From the human T2T-CHM13v2.0 reference genome, Homo sapiens, in NCBI RefSeq assembly GCF_009914755.1, contig NC_060927.1: 64,000 nt of DNA. One strand, 5' to 3'. How positions within the stretch are numbered: the first letter of the stretch is position 1; the number at the start of each line of letters is the position of its first letter. A program made the translations under genes and the position numbers. The notes below the pieces were generated by a model. It saw nothing but the letters and a program-made list of their open reading frames with translations. It was not told the origin of the DNA and did not search any database. Below, one piece after another: positions 11,151-31,620 of this stretch.

Positions 11151-13748
11151 ACAAATAATTGAGATTGAGAGCCTTACCCAAGATGATAATGAGACCCCTG
11201 TCTTATATATTGTTTTGTGGGGAAAGTCCTAGAGTGCAGGAGTTGAGCAGCAAGAATTAAAGAAATTGGGAGATAACAATAGAGCAGTACTAGCAACACG
11301 GAAATCTTAGGCAACACGAATTTTAATGGCAGAAGGCATTTATTTGAGCAGGTGTGATGACAGGCCAGTGATCTCAATAGACGTATGACCATCATATTCT
11401 CTGCTTTCTTTTAGCCCCACCAAAAGATGAAGTGGCCCCCAGACCCCAGGTCTAATGTAAGAACCATATGCTATTGTGCTCTTTCGAGCTCTACTCCTAG
11501 ATCTTGATAGAATTCTTGACAACTTGAATGGTGATTGGTGCTTCTCCAAAGACTTGAAGATTGAGAGGCAAATAGATAGTCCATACATCTCCCCCCACTT
11601 ATCGTGGTTTCAATAAGAAATGTGAAGATGGAAGATAAAATACAAGCAGAGACAAAATGAGGTTGTAAATCAAATATTATTTTGCTTCCCTTGCTCAGAA
11701 AAGCATGTTGAGTGCTTCGGAGAGAAAGATAAAGCTCACAATGTGAGGAGGGAGGGAGGAGACTTGCATTGAGACAAAGGGAAATGTTGTATTTTTGTGT
11801 TTCAGTTAATCTCTTGATGTTGGTGTGTGTAGAGCCCCAGATGTTAGAGCTAATGCAATATGCATTGGTCCATCACATTGGGAAATCTCTGGTCTCTGCA
11901 ACAAGGAATTAATAAATCTAGTAATTGTGTCATGTCTGTAATACAGGCTAGGAAAAAAAATGTGTAAACCATTTGATAAATGTGCATGCCCAGATAGCAT
12001 GTGTTTCTGAGGCCCTCCACAGGGATTCACCCAAAAGGTTGCCCAGGCATTCTTTTCTTCCACTGTGTCCTCTGTAGGAGAAGCTGGCGCAAAATAGAAT
12101 GGTTGTTTATTTAGTGTGGCATTGGCATCTAATTAATAGCATCCAAAATCGATTCTTTATGCTTTGTTTCTTATCAACACCCCTCCCCAGAACACGAGTT
12201 CTCTAAGGCAATTAGAAATAATCATGGACTTGCCAAAATGCTCTTTTTCTAAACATTATAACTAGAATATCCTTCAGTTTTAGCTCTTAAGAGGCTCTTT
12301 TTTATTTAAATAAAATGAACAACTAAGCAGTTGTCTGAAGCATCAGGACACTATATATGTATCCAGAATGACATATGCAATATGCTTTGTAAAACATTTC
12401 TGAATTTCCCTTTTAATTTTTCTGCAGCATGTTGAAGGGTATGAATTTAAAAATAATTGTGATCACATCATCATCATTGATTCTTGTACCTCTTAAGTGT
12501 GCTAAATTCAACACAGAGGTATGGACGTGGGAGCAGTAAAAGGAAACCGAGAAGTAAAAATTTGCAAAGGATGTCTCTTGAGGACAGACTCATATTTACC
12601 ATGATTACATCCATCTCTTTGCTGCTAGAAGATTTCCCTGCCATTTATGATGACAAGGTATATAGGCTTGAGTAAACCAATGAATAATAGGAAGCTACGT
12701 TCCCATGTGTACCCAAGGTCATTAATCTCTTAAGCCTGAGGACAAAATAATTTGAAGGTGCCATATGTCACAATTAACACAAGTGATTATTGACCACATT
12801 TACTTGGATGGACCCTTTGGTAGGACTGTCTCATGCCAGTCAGAAAACCACTCTACTCACATCACTATACCTTGTGCTATCAGTATGTTTTGGAAGCAAA
12901 ATCCACCACCCACAGACTTCTGTAAATAAATGATTAACATTAGCTTCATTTCATCTCTTTCTGGACCCAAGAAGATTGGGTTATGGGTTGCCAAGAAGAT
13001 TATGAACCCAAGAAGGCAAAGATTTTATTTTGTATGTCCACCTTGATAGATCTATTGGTTGTAGCTACTAGGGCACTGTGTTGAGGCTACTTGCAGCTGC
13101 AAAGCCATGATTGATTAGTCATATCTTCCATGGGTAAGGAAAACAGTACTGTGACACATTGTCTGAATGTTTGCCAGCCTTGTTCTAAATCTTCACATTT
13201 TACTTTCTAGAGAATCTGCAGTTGACTCTAGGCTATTTTCTCAAGATTCCCTTTGGTGTGCAACATCTCTTTGTAATTCAACAACACTTTCTCCTACAGT
13301 AAGATGGAGCGTAGAATTGTATCAGAAAGACTGACTCTCCTGGGTCAGAAACTTAATATTTCTGGGTAATTATTGTGCTTTATTCAAACAGCAAAAGATC
13401 AGCTGCTATAATAATGTGAAATGTTATACTTTCTAAGAAAACTAAAAATGAATGAATGGATAGTGTGAGTCCAGAAAATAATTTTATCACTACTGTTTAG
13501 GCCTGGTTAGAGCTAGAAAAAATGGCAGAAAAGTAAAGAAGCCAAGAAAGTGAGAGAGGAGTTGGCTGGACTTCACATGTGAAGTGACAAGGAAGCCAAT
13601 AAGAGATTTGATTATAAGAGTGAAGAGAAATCTTCCTATCGCAGTGACATATTAAAGGAATAAACTAGATGCTGGAAAGGGTAGGATAGATATAATATGA
13701 GATGTTAAAGAAATGAAGTGATCAACATCCTAGCATAAGATATACAAC

Positions 13749-14306
13749 TGTGATGGTTTAAAACATGTCTGCAAATGTTTTGACACTTCCATTAAAAAGT
13801 AGAATAATGTTTCACCATTGAATAAAAACTGGTCATGGTTTAGAGACTTGCTTTCAGAGGATAGCTCTTGAAAGGTGATATAGCTAATGCTAGCTCTCTG
13901 TCTCTCTCTCTCTCTTTCTTTTTCAGCATGTACCTCTGGAGTCCTGAGCCACAAAGTAAGAAACTCAGCTACCCTGATGTTGCCATGTTAAAGAGACTAT
14001 CTGGAAAAGCCACAAAAAGATAGAGAAAGATGCTAAAGGGGCCTCTGCTGTTCTGGCCCCCACCTAATTGAGCCATCAGACAGCATGAACCATCAGATAT
14101 ATGAATGAACAAGGCTTCAGGTGATTCCAGTCCCACCTACAATCTGATTCAGCCATATAGAGACTCCAAATGAGAACCGCCAAGCTGAACCCAATCAACT
14201 CCAGTACCATGAGAGATAATAATAATAATACCAAGCATTATTATTGTTTTAAGCCACTAAATTTTGGGATCATTTGCTACACAGTTATAGATAACCATAA
14301 CTATAC
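13749..14306 (+). mobile_element. MLT1 (MLT1G/H-like) MaLR solo LTR
   Basis: Starts tgtgatggtttaaaacatgtctgcaaat; ends ttgttttaagccactaaattttgggatcatttgctacacagttatagataacc. Confidence 0.75.
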
Positions 14307-15544
14307 CTTCTTCTCTTCATCAGGGATAGAAGTAGGACCTTTAAATGTTTTTACAATTCTAAAATATAGTAAGGAACCTAAGTTGAAGTTGAGGCTGATG
14401 TAGCTGGATAAGATTTGAGATATATTTTAGAGTTATATTATCCTCATGTTGTGCCTCTTTTCCTTCCTCCTTCTGAAAACACAGACGTCTTTGGCATCGT
14501 CTCAGGAGGGGAGAAATGCTGTAGGACTAAAACCAGAAGATGTCTTGGCTTTGTTTCCCCACCTAAGCCTTTAGAAAATCACATGCATTTTGTAGAGGTG
14601 GAAGAAAGGAAGCAAGGTAACATGTAAGAAGAAGCAGAGTAGCTTTGAAAAAAAGTATAAGACAGGAGCAGGGAAACTCCCAGCCACCTCAACTAGAAGA
14701 ATATTTTTATGGGCTGAGGTTGGAGTGGGAAGCAAGAAGGGAAAGATCTGAGCATCGTGCTAACAGAGAAGGCTGTGTGCATCTCCCTGGCAGCAGCCTA
14801 AGCAAGCAGTAAGTTTCCAGAGAAGAATAGTATGTCTGGAGAGTGGGATTCTGGGAGGTCTTGACATAGTGTCCTGTGTCCCAAACACAACATGACATTG
14901 TCGACTGAGATTTTTTTTCCTTTCATATGAGCAAAATAACTTTGCTGCAGAAAAAAACTAGGAGTCAGCACCACTGATGGATCAATGAGGCACAAGCTGC
15001 AGTGACAAGGGGAGGTCCTACTTTGTGAGGCTTATGGGGCTATGGACCTCAACAAGAGGGAAAGGCAGGGCAGAAAAACTTGAAGAGGTTTAAGTGTTCA
15101 TATGAAACTTTCCCAAGGATGTTCAGAAATATTTAGATGAAATTTTTAAGGTACTGGAGTTTTTAAGTAATACACACTGAGAAAGATATCAGGGATGTCT
15201 TATATTTACTGTGAAAGTGAACTGTATTATCTTTAGAATGAGAAAGTCTGGGAAAACTCAGGTTCCAAATCAGTTCTTTGGAGTCCAGAATAAGCATTCT
15301 AAAATGATTCTGTGATCTAATTGGCAATAACTAAACCTCTGATAGACCACTGTGCAAATCTAATTCTATGATTCTTGGTAATTGTAAAATTAAGTTTACT
15401 CAGAAAGCTTCATTTCCTTCTATTTCTTAAACAATAATCTAAATAAATACTGCCTTTTAAGATTAATCTCTTTTTCCCTCATGTGCCTATAGAAGTGTGA
15501 TTGTTTCTCTGTAGTAGCAATTATCTTGTTCCAATTTGGGTTAT

Positions 15545-15740
15545 TCTGTTATTTGTGGTAGTCTCCCCATGAGAATGTGAGCTCCTGAAAGGCAGTAACT
15601 TTGTCCTGTTCATTAAGGGACTCCCACAATTTCTCTTACAAAACTCTACATGTAATATTTCATTTATTGAAAACATATTTATAGAACACCTGTGTTGTGC
15701 CCAGGACTGTGCTCAATAAATGGTTCAAGGAATTGAAAAT
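15545..15740 (+). mobile_element. L2 3' end fragment(s)
   Basis: gaatgtgagctcctgaaaggcag...tttgtcctgttcatt...gtgctcaataaatg. Confidence 0.55.
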
Positions 15741-16064
15741 AAAAAGCTTCTCATGTGAGGTAACAAAGCTATTAACACAGCTAAGAAATGTCTTCAACAA
15801 TATATTTAAAAGAAAAAGGTAGCAATAAAAGTCCATCTGCTTTGTAAACAATTTATTTTGGACATTTTCCTCTATATCTGTAAGAGATATGGCCCCAAAG
15901 TTTTCAGTTTTTGTGCTAACTTTGTCTGGTATTTGTATACAGGTTATAAGAGCTTTGTACATTGTATTGAAATCATAGCATATGGTTCTATGATCCGCAA
16001 TAATCTTAATACCATTGGAATCTCTTCTTTTAAGTTTAGTAGAATTTATCTATAAAACTGTCTG

Positions 16065-19178
<3,114 letters not shown>

Positions 19179-20935
19179 AGTTAGACTCAATATTCTTGAG
19201 ATATCAGTTCTTCCCAATATGATCTATATATTGAATGCAATCCTCCCAAAAATCACAAGTTGTTTTGTGTTTATCTACAAACCAATTCGAAAGTTCTTAT
19301 GGAAAACCAAGAGTCAGAAGAGACAGCACAATATTAAACAACAAAGTCAACAGACTAACACTACATGATTTCAAAACTTACTATAAAGCTAAAATAATTA
19401 AGTCAGTATTAGTATTGGCAGAAAAAATAAGAAGACAAATAGATCAATGAAACTGAATAGAGCCAGAAATAGGCCCACACAAATATAGGCAAGTGATCTT
19501 TGACAAAGAACAAAAGCAATTCAATGGAGAAAGAATAGTCTTTTCAACAAATATTATTGGAACAAATGGACATCCACAACCCTCTCCTCATCCTAAAATA
19601 AATCTAGACACAGATTTGACATTTTACACTTTCCATAAAATTTAAGTGAAAATGAATCATAGACTTAAATATAAAATACTAATCTATAAAACTTCTAATA
19701 ATAGAAAATAAGAGGAGAAAACCTAGATGACCTTGGTTTTGGCAATGACATTTTAGATACAATACCGAAAGCATGAGCCATGAAAGAAATATATGCAAAG
19801 TTAAACTTCATTAAAACTAAGAACTTCTGCTCTGAGAACTACCCTGTTAAGACAGAAAGACAAGCCACAGACCGGGAAAAAATATTTGGAAAACACATAT
19901 CTGATTAAGAATTTATATCCAAATATACAAAGAACTCTTAAAATTCAACAATAAAAAAAGACTCAATTAAAAAATGGGAAAAAGAACTGAACAGACACCT
20001 CACCAAAGAAGATATATAGATGGAAAATAAACATACGAAAGGATGCTTAACATCATGTCATTAGGGAATTGCAAATTAAAACAACAATGAGATACTACTA
20101 CACAACTATTAGAATGGTGACAATCTAAAACACTGACACCAAATTCTTGTAAGGATGTGGATTAAAGGAACCTTCATGGAAATGCAAGGTAATACAACAA
20201 GTTTGAAAGACAGTTTGGCAGTTTCTTACAAAGCTAAACAGAGGTTTATGATGTAGTTCAGTAATTGCTCTCTTAGGTAATTACCCAAATTATTTGAAAG
20301 CATGCCCACACAATAGCTGGCATGCAAATATTTTCAGCAGCTTTAATCAAAATTGCCACAAACTAGAAGCAACTAAGATGTTCTTTAATAGGTGAATAGA
20401 TGAACAAACTGTGATACACTCATACAATTGAATGGTATTCAGCAATAAAAGGAAATGAGCTATAAAGCCACAAAAGACATGAAGAAACCTTAAAAGCATA
20501 TTGCCATGTGAAAGAAGCCAGTCTGAAAAGATAACTTACTATATGATTCCAATTATACAACATTCTGAAAAAGGGAAAAGTATAGAGATAGTAAAATAGT
20601 CAGTGGTCTTTAGGGGTTCAAGCAGAGGGAGAAATGAATAGGTGGAGTTCAGGAGGACTTTAGAGTGGTGCAAATATTCTGTATGACACTGTAATAGTGG
20701 ATTATTCATTTGTTAATACCAACAGAACTGTACAACACAAAGTGAGAACCCTAATGTTAATTATGTGTATTTTGTCAATAATGATGTATCAGTATTGATT
20801 CTTCTATTGTAGCAAATGTACCACAGCAATGCAAGGTGCTATTATGAAAAACCGTGTGCAGGAGAAAGGAAGCATAGAGAAGCTCTACTTTCTTCTCAAT
20901 TTTTCTGTAAGCCTAAAACTGTTATAAAGTATTAA
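19179..20935 (+). mobile_element. Old L1MC ORF2 C-terminal relic plus 3'UTR
   Basis: [15 protein letters not shown] / LHDFKTYYKA remnants. 3'UTR gtacaacacaaagtgagaaccctaatgt...tttttctgtaagcctaaaactg. Confidence 0.85.
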
Positions 20936-21561
20936 TTTTATAAAATCTTACTGGTATTAATATCTTTATAAAGGGTGATAGTTTTAAAAATGGTGATTGT
21001 TGACTGTTTTTAAAATGTTATGATTTTCAGTCTATTCATATCAACATGAGGAACATCAAACTCTATTTTAACCCTGTGAAAGAGAAATTTATAATAGAGT
21101 CTTCAAAAAGGAAATGTCAAAAAAAGCTGGATGTTTCAAAACAGGTAAGTGTGTGCCTCTCTGTATCATTTGCAAGTAATAATAACTGGTTTCTTTGTAA
21201 TTAAAGGAGTCTATATCTTAATACAGAAATTTATCACATTTATGTTTGTTGTAATGTTGGAATTAATCCTGTCACCATATTAAATATTTTCTATTCATTA
21301 CACCATCTTTCTTTCCTTTTCATTTGTTGAATCGATTAAAGTTTACCTTTGAGCCATTTTTCCCCTCTTCTTGTGACTTGGAAGCAATAAATTTAATTAT
21401 TATTATTTTCTGCTTCTGTTTACTTTGTATTTGTATTTTTTCAAATTCACATCTGCACTAGTAATAAATCCAGTAGGTAAAAAGGATTTCTGAGAAAAAA
21501 AAGCAACATCTTTTATCTGTATTTCTTGATTCATAAATTTCAAATAAATATACGCATTAAA

Positions 21562-21718
<157 letters not shown>

Positions 21719-22039
21719 TCATTCCCTTTATTACTTTACACAGTAAATATTAGGCTTTTGGAAAGGATAATATGATAAAACTAATATAGATTTCTTAGAT
21801 AGGTATTAAATAACTTAATGTATATTAGTTATAATTTACATTAATTACATTTATAATTTACAATTACAATGTATAATTTACATCATACATTACAATATAA
21901 TTTTAGTTCACTATCGACTGTTTTATGGACTCATATGTTCCTCTTTCTTAGTTTATTTGACCATTTTAATGAACATTTCTAGTATAGAAATATGGTTATT
22001 TTTCTCATGTCATTCTTCAACACTAGAAAATTCTTCCCT

Positions 22040-22345
22040 AGGTGGGACACAGTGACTCAAGCCTGTAATCCCAGCACTTTAGGAGGCTGAGGTGGGTGGA
22101 TCACCTAAGGTCAGGAGTTTGAGATCAGCATGGCCAACAGGGCAAAACCCTGTCTCCACTAAAATACAAAAATTAGCCCGGCATGGTGGTGTACATCTGT
22201 AATCCCAGCTGCTAGGGAGGTTGAGGCAGGAGAAATGCTTGAACCTGGGAGGCAGAAGTGTCAGTGAGCCGAGATCACATCACCGCACTCCAGGCTGGGC
22301 AACAGAGCAGGACTCCATATCTAAAAAACAAAAAAGGAAAGAAAA
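22040..22345 (+). mobile_element. Alu (AluSx/Sz-like), full length
   Basis: Two arms plus tail. TSD agaaaattcttccct / agaaaattatcccct. Confidence 0.95.
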
Positions 22346-24464
22346 AGAAAATTATCCCCTATTATTGCTTCAGTAATTCTTTCCATAATATCTTCTCAGT
22401 TCTCCTGTTTTGAGGTTCCTGCTATTTGCATGTTAGATCTGTAGAAGAGGTTTTTATGTGTCCTATCTTTTCTCTCAGATTTTCCTATTTTTTCCCCATT
22501 CATTCTTGGAGACTTTTGTCTCTATCACATTGTTCTAGTCTCCTAACCCCTACCACATTACATGTTAAGATCATCTAGGATTTTAGATTCTAATGGTTAT
22601 TATATTTTTAGATTCTGCACAAATATTATTTAGAATTAACTAAATGTTTTATGAGTTTCTTTGGATGACAACTCTGCTTTTGTTTTGCTGGTTTTTTGTG
22701 TGTCATGGATTTTGCCATATGCATGTATTTATTTATTTATGAGTCATTTTTAACCATTTTTTACAGAAAGTCTATGTATGGTAAATATTTTGAAACTTTT
22801 TTATTCTAAAATGTTTTTGTAAGGCCTTTCAAATTGAATGCCATTTTCACTGTTCACTGGGTGTAGAATTTAAGTTCAAAATCACTTCAGAATAGTGAAC
22901 ATTTTCCTCCTGTGTTTTCTAATGTACATTTGAGGAAAAGCGTGTTGTCAATTCATTTTCATATCTTTGTAGAAAATCTGCTTCTGTTTTTCTGGAAACT
23001 TTTAATTTTTTTGTTATCTTTAATTTTTAAAAATTTAATCCACGAAGTGTAATTATTGTATACATTCTGTTGTCACAAAGTATATTTTGAAAGCAAAATA
23101 ATCGTTTCTTTATTCAACTTTGGAATTACTTTCTGCGTTTTTAAAAATATTTTTATCTCCTCCATTTTTCATTTTCTCTTCTACTAAAATTCCAAATTTA
23201 GACAGAATTTTTCTTGAAATTTCTAGATCTCTTGTCCATGGCTAATATGACTTTTCTGAAGTATTCTACAATTCTTTGTTGAGAAGCATTTTTGGAGAAT
23301 TACTCTGGTCAACTATCCTGCTTCATAGGTATCTCTCTACCAATTATATGAGGATTGGGTAGGATGTGTTTCTGGTTACAGAGTTTCTGAAATTGCTTTT
23401 CTGATATTTGAAGATTCCAAGGCCCTCCTGTTGCCATGCTGACTAGCTTTTCTCAATCATTTGCTATTGTAACTTGCTCCAATGAAACAAGTCAGTAGGA
23501 AAGAGTTGGGCCACCTAGGCACCCAGGGTATGTTTCCCCAACTTGTCACCTTCACCATTGTCCTTGTGCTCCCTTTCCCTATTGAATCCTTTTACTCTTA
23601 GCTTTGAACTTCTATGGAACAACTGCCGAAATGTCTGTAAAGGTCATGACATTCAGTTACTGCCATGCATCCAATTCTGTCTGCTTTCCACTTGTTCAGG
23701 AATTTTTAAAAATTCTTGCTGCACTAATGATACTTTCAATATAGTAATTATTTAATTAAAAAATTCTTCTATCATTTCAGAAATTTTGAGCAGGAGGAAA
23801 GACAGCTGCATGCTCTCAGTCTGCTTTCTTCATCCTATTTCCCCAGAACAAATTCAAGAATACTGCCTGTGCCTGTCCATTTTACATTGCCATACAGGAA
23901 TACCTGAGACTGGGTAATTTATAAAGAACTAACAGTTCTGAAGACTGTACATGAAGCATGGTGCCAACATCTGTTCAGCTACTGGTGAGACCTCAGGGAG
24001 ATTTCACTCATGGTAGAAGGTAAAGCAGGAATGGGCACATCACATGGTGAGAGAAAAAGCTAGGGAGTGACGTAAGGTGCCACACTTTTGGACAACCAGA
24101 TCTCACATGAACTCAGAGCAAAGACTCACTCATTACCATGAAGATGGCACCAAGGCATTCGTGAGGGATTTGCCCTCATGATCCAAACACTTCCCACTAG
24201 GCCCAACCTCCAACATTGGGAATTATATTTCTTTTTTCTTTTTTATTTTTATTTTTTTAATTATACTTTAAGTTTTAGGGTACATGTGCACATTGTGCAG
24301 GTTAGTTACATATGTATACATGTGCCATGCTGGTGCGCTGCACCCACTAACGTGTCATCTAGCATTAGGTATATCTCCCAATGCTATCCCTCCCCTCTCC
24401 CCCGACCCCACCACAGTCCCCAGAGTGTGATATTCCCCTTCCTGTGTCCATGTGATCTCATTGT

Positions 24465-28325
<3,861 letters not shown>

Positions 28326-28361
28326 TTAGTTGATGCAGTTTCTTCCTAGTCTCGATGGTCT

Positions 28362-29379
28362 TTACATTTTGGCATGATTTTGCAGCGGCTGGTACTGGTT
28401 GTTCCTTTCCATGTTTAGCGCTTCCTTCAGGAGCTCTTTTAGGGCAGGCCTCGTGGTGACAAAATCTCTCAGCATTTGCTTGTCTATAAAGTATTTTATT
28501 TCTCCTTCACTTATGAAGCTTAGTTTGGCTGGATATGAAATTCTGGGTTGAAAATTCTTTTCTTTAAGAATGTTGAATATTGGCCCCCACTCTCTTCTGG
28601 CTTGTAGGGTTTCTGCCGAGAGATCCGCTGTTAGTCTGATGGGCTTTCCTTTGAGGGTAACCCGACCTTTCTCTCTGGCTGCCCTTAACATTTTTTCCTT
28701 CATTTGAGCTTTGGTGAATCTGACAATTATGTGTCTTGGAGTTGCTCTTCTCGAGGAGTATCTTTGTGGCGTTCTCTGTATTTCCTGAATCTGAATGTTG
28801 GCCTGCCTTGCTAGATTGGGGAAGTTCTCCTGGATAATATCCTGCAGAGTGTTTTCCAACTTGGTTCCATTCTCCACATCACTTTCAGGTACACCAATCA
28901 GACGTAGATTTGGTCTTTTCACATAGTCCCATATTTCTTGGAGGCTTTGCTCATTTCTTTTTATTCTTTTTTTCTCTAAACTTCCCTTCTCGCTTCATTT
29001 CATTCATTTCATCTTCCATTGCTGATACCCTTTCTTCCAGTTGATCGCATCGGCTCCTGAGGCTTCTGCATTCTTCACGTAGTTCTCGAGCCTTGGTTTT
29101 CAGCTCCATCAGCTCCTTTAAGCACTTCTCTGTATTGGTTATTCTAGTTATACATTCTTCTAAATTTTTTTCAAAGTTTTCAACTTCTTTGCCTTTGGTT
29201 TGAATGTCCTCCCGTAGCTCAGAGTAATTTGATTGTCTGAAGCACTCTTCTCTCAGCTCATCAAAATCATTCTCCATCCAGCTTTGTTCTGTTGCTGGTG
29301 AGGAACTGCGTTCCTTTGGAGGAGGAGAGGCGCTCTGCGTTTTAGAGTTTCCAGTTTTTCTGTTCTGTTTTTTCCCCAT
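28362..29379 (-). pseudogene. L1 ORF1 (RNA-binding protein), frameshifted
   Basis: MGKKQNRKTG... and ...NHAKM halves. One extra base in the T run at 28967-28973 (7 vs 6) shifts the frame. Confidence 0.95.
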
Positions 29380-30284
29380 CTTTGTGGTTTTATCTACTTT
29401 TGGTCTTTGATGATGGTGATGTACAGATGGGTTTTCGGTGTAGATGTCCTTTCTGGTTGTTAGTTTTCCTTCTAACAGACAGGACCCTCAGCTGCAGGTC
29501 TGTTGGAATACCCTGCCGTGTGAGGCGTCAGTGTGCCCCTGCTGAGGGGTGCCTCCCAGTTAGGCTGCTCGGGGGTCAGGGGTCAGGGACCCACTTGAGG
29601 AGGCAGTCTGCCCGTTCTCAGATCTCCAGCTGCGTGCTGGGAGAACCACTGCTCTCTTCAAAGCTGTCAGACAGGGACACTTAAGTCTGCAGAGGTTACT
29701 GCTGTCTTTTTGTTTGTCTGTGCCCTGCCCCCAGAGGTGGAGCCTACAGAGGCAGGCAGGCCTCCTTGAGCTATGGTGGGCTCCACCCAGTTCGAGCTTC
29801 CCGGCTGCTTTGTTTACCTAAGCAAGCCTGGGCAATGGCGGGCGCCCCTCCCCCAGCCTCGCTGCCGCCTTGCAGTTTGATCTCAGACTGCTGTGCTAGC
29901 AATCAGTGAGATTCCGTGGGTGTAGGACCCTCTGAGCCAGGTGTGGGATATAGTCTCGTGGTGCGCCGTTTTTTAAGCCGGTCTGAAAAGCGCAATATTC
30001 GGGTGGGAGTGACCCGATTTTCCAGGTACGTCCGTCACCCCTTTCTTTGACTCGGAAAGGGAACTTCCTGACCCCTTGCGCTTCCCAGGTGAGGCAATGC
30101 CTCGCCCTGCTTCGGCTCGCGCACGGTGCGTGCACCCACTGGCCTGCGCCCACTGTCTGGCACTCCCTAGTGAGATGAACCCGGTACCTCAGATGGAAAT
30201 GCAGAAATCACCCGTCTTCTGCGTCGCTCACACTGGGGGCTGTAGACCGGAGCTGTTCCTATTCGGCCATCTTGGCTCCTCCCC
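29380..30284. promoter_or_regulatory. L1 5'UTR bidirectional promoter with intact YY1 site; ORF0 (ATG 29835, + strand) stopped at codon 25
   Basis: cggccatcttgg YY1 motif near 30264-30275. ORF0 reads MAGAPPPASLPPCSLISDCCASNQ* (CGA>TGA). Confidence 0.85.
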
Positions 30285-31300
30285 AGGTAACATAAATCGG
30301 GAATTATATTTCAACATGAGATTTGGAGAGGACAAACATCCAAATTATATTATTACTTTTTAAGAATTATATTACAGACACCAAATTAGAGTAAATATAT
30401 TGCATTATTTTTAAAGTCCTGGAGTCTGACTAAAACACTGTAAATGTGAGGGTCAAAGAACAGAAATGGCTGACATTGGAAAATAACTTTGTCTGAATCT
30501 GGGACAACATGCATGCTATTGCCCAGAATAATTCAATAATTGCTTTCATAAAGTAAATAGTTAGCTCCTTTAAAATACATTGAGCATTAATTGAAAAGTC
30601 AACTAATTTGAAGGAGAAACCATTTGAAGGAGAAATCGTTTAATTGCACACAAGTTAGTTGCTTCTGCAATTTACATCTACAAAATTTTTTCTGAATTTC
30701 AAACTGATAAAAATCAGAATCACTTTGAAAACTTTGGGATGTCAACTTCTCTCTGATAAATAATAACACTTAAAAAGCTAATTAAACCAATAATAGAAAT
30801 AAGGAATACTATTTTAAAGCTAATTGGTTTGTTCTTATGATGATTTCATCTTCTACTATTTCAAAAAAAGTCAAGCGGCGGTAAAAAAAATCAAAATGTT
30901 GTATGACTGTCTGGAAGGACTGGGGTCAAATAATAAATTTTCAAAGGTGAACATGCTGGGCTAAAATCTTACGTGAGTTTATTTGCTCAGTAAAGATAGA
31001 GGAATCTTTCTTTTCTCCCTTCCTCCGTTACCATTAACTCAGAAGAAAATAGAGACAAAATTCAAATCAGACTCTCTTTTGTCTCCATAAGTGAGACAGA
31101 AACTACAGATTTATGACTAGAACTAAGAGGTAGAATTATATGTTAAGAAATATTAATGATGGAATCCACTTTAGAGTTTGAGTATCAAAATACTTGCAGT
31201 TAGACAGTGATTCACATATTTCTAAAGAAGAGAGTGGGAATGTGACCAAGTAATAAGTGGATGAAAAGGAGACCCGGACATATGTTTAGAAATTATTTAT

Positions 31301-31620
31301 TTCAGAGGCCCCTAACCAGTGGTCCGTGGATTTTTAGTGGAAGCACTTCTAAGGTCTGTGACTCCTTTGATTTTGAATGCAAAATTTTATAGATACATGT
31401 GCATATCTAACTTTCATCAGACTCACAAAGTTTTAGTCTTATAAAAAGTTTGAGTCACAAATGTAATTTAATCTTCTCATTTTACAGATTAAAAAACAGA
31501 GGCCCAGACAAAGGAAGTGACTACACTCAGTCCAAGCAGCATTGAGCAGCACAGTCATGAGTCATATGGGTACCTAGATCAGAACTCATCTAACTGTCTT
31601 TGGCCACTGTCCTTTGCCTC
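31301..31620. mobile_element. MER103C-like DNA transposon relic followed by a MIR fragment
   Basis: agtggtccgtgga...tgcaaaatttt...actttcatcagactcacaaag, then ctcattttacagattaaaaaacagaggcccagacaaaggaagtgact. Confidence 0.6.
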
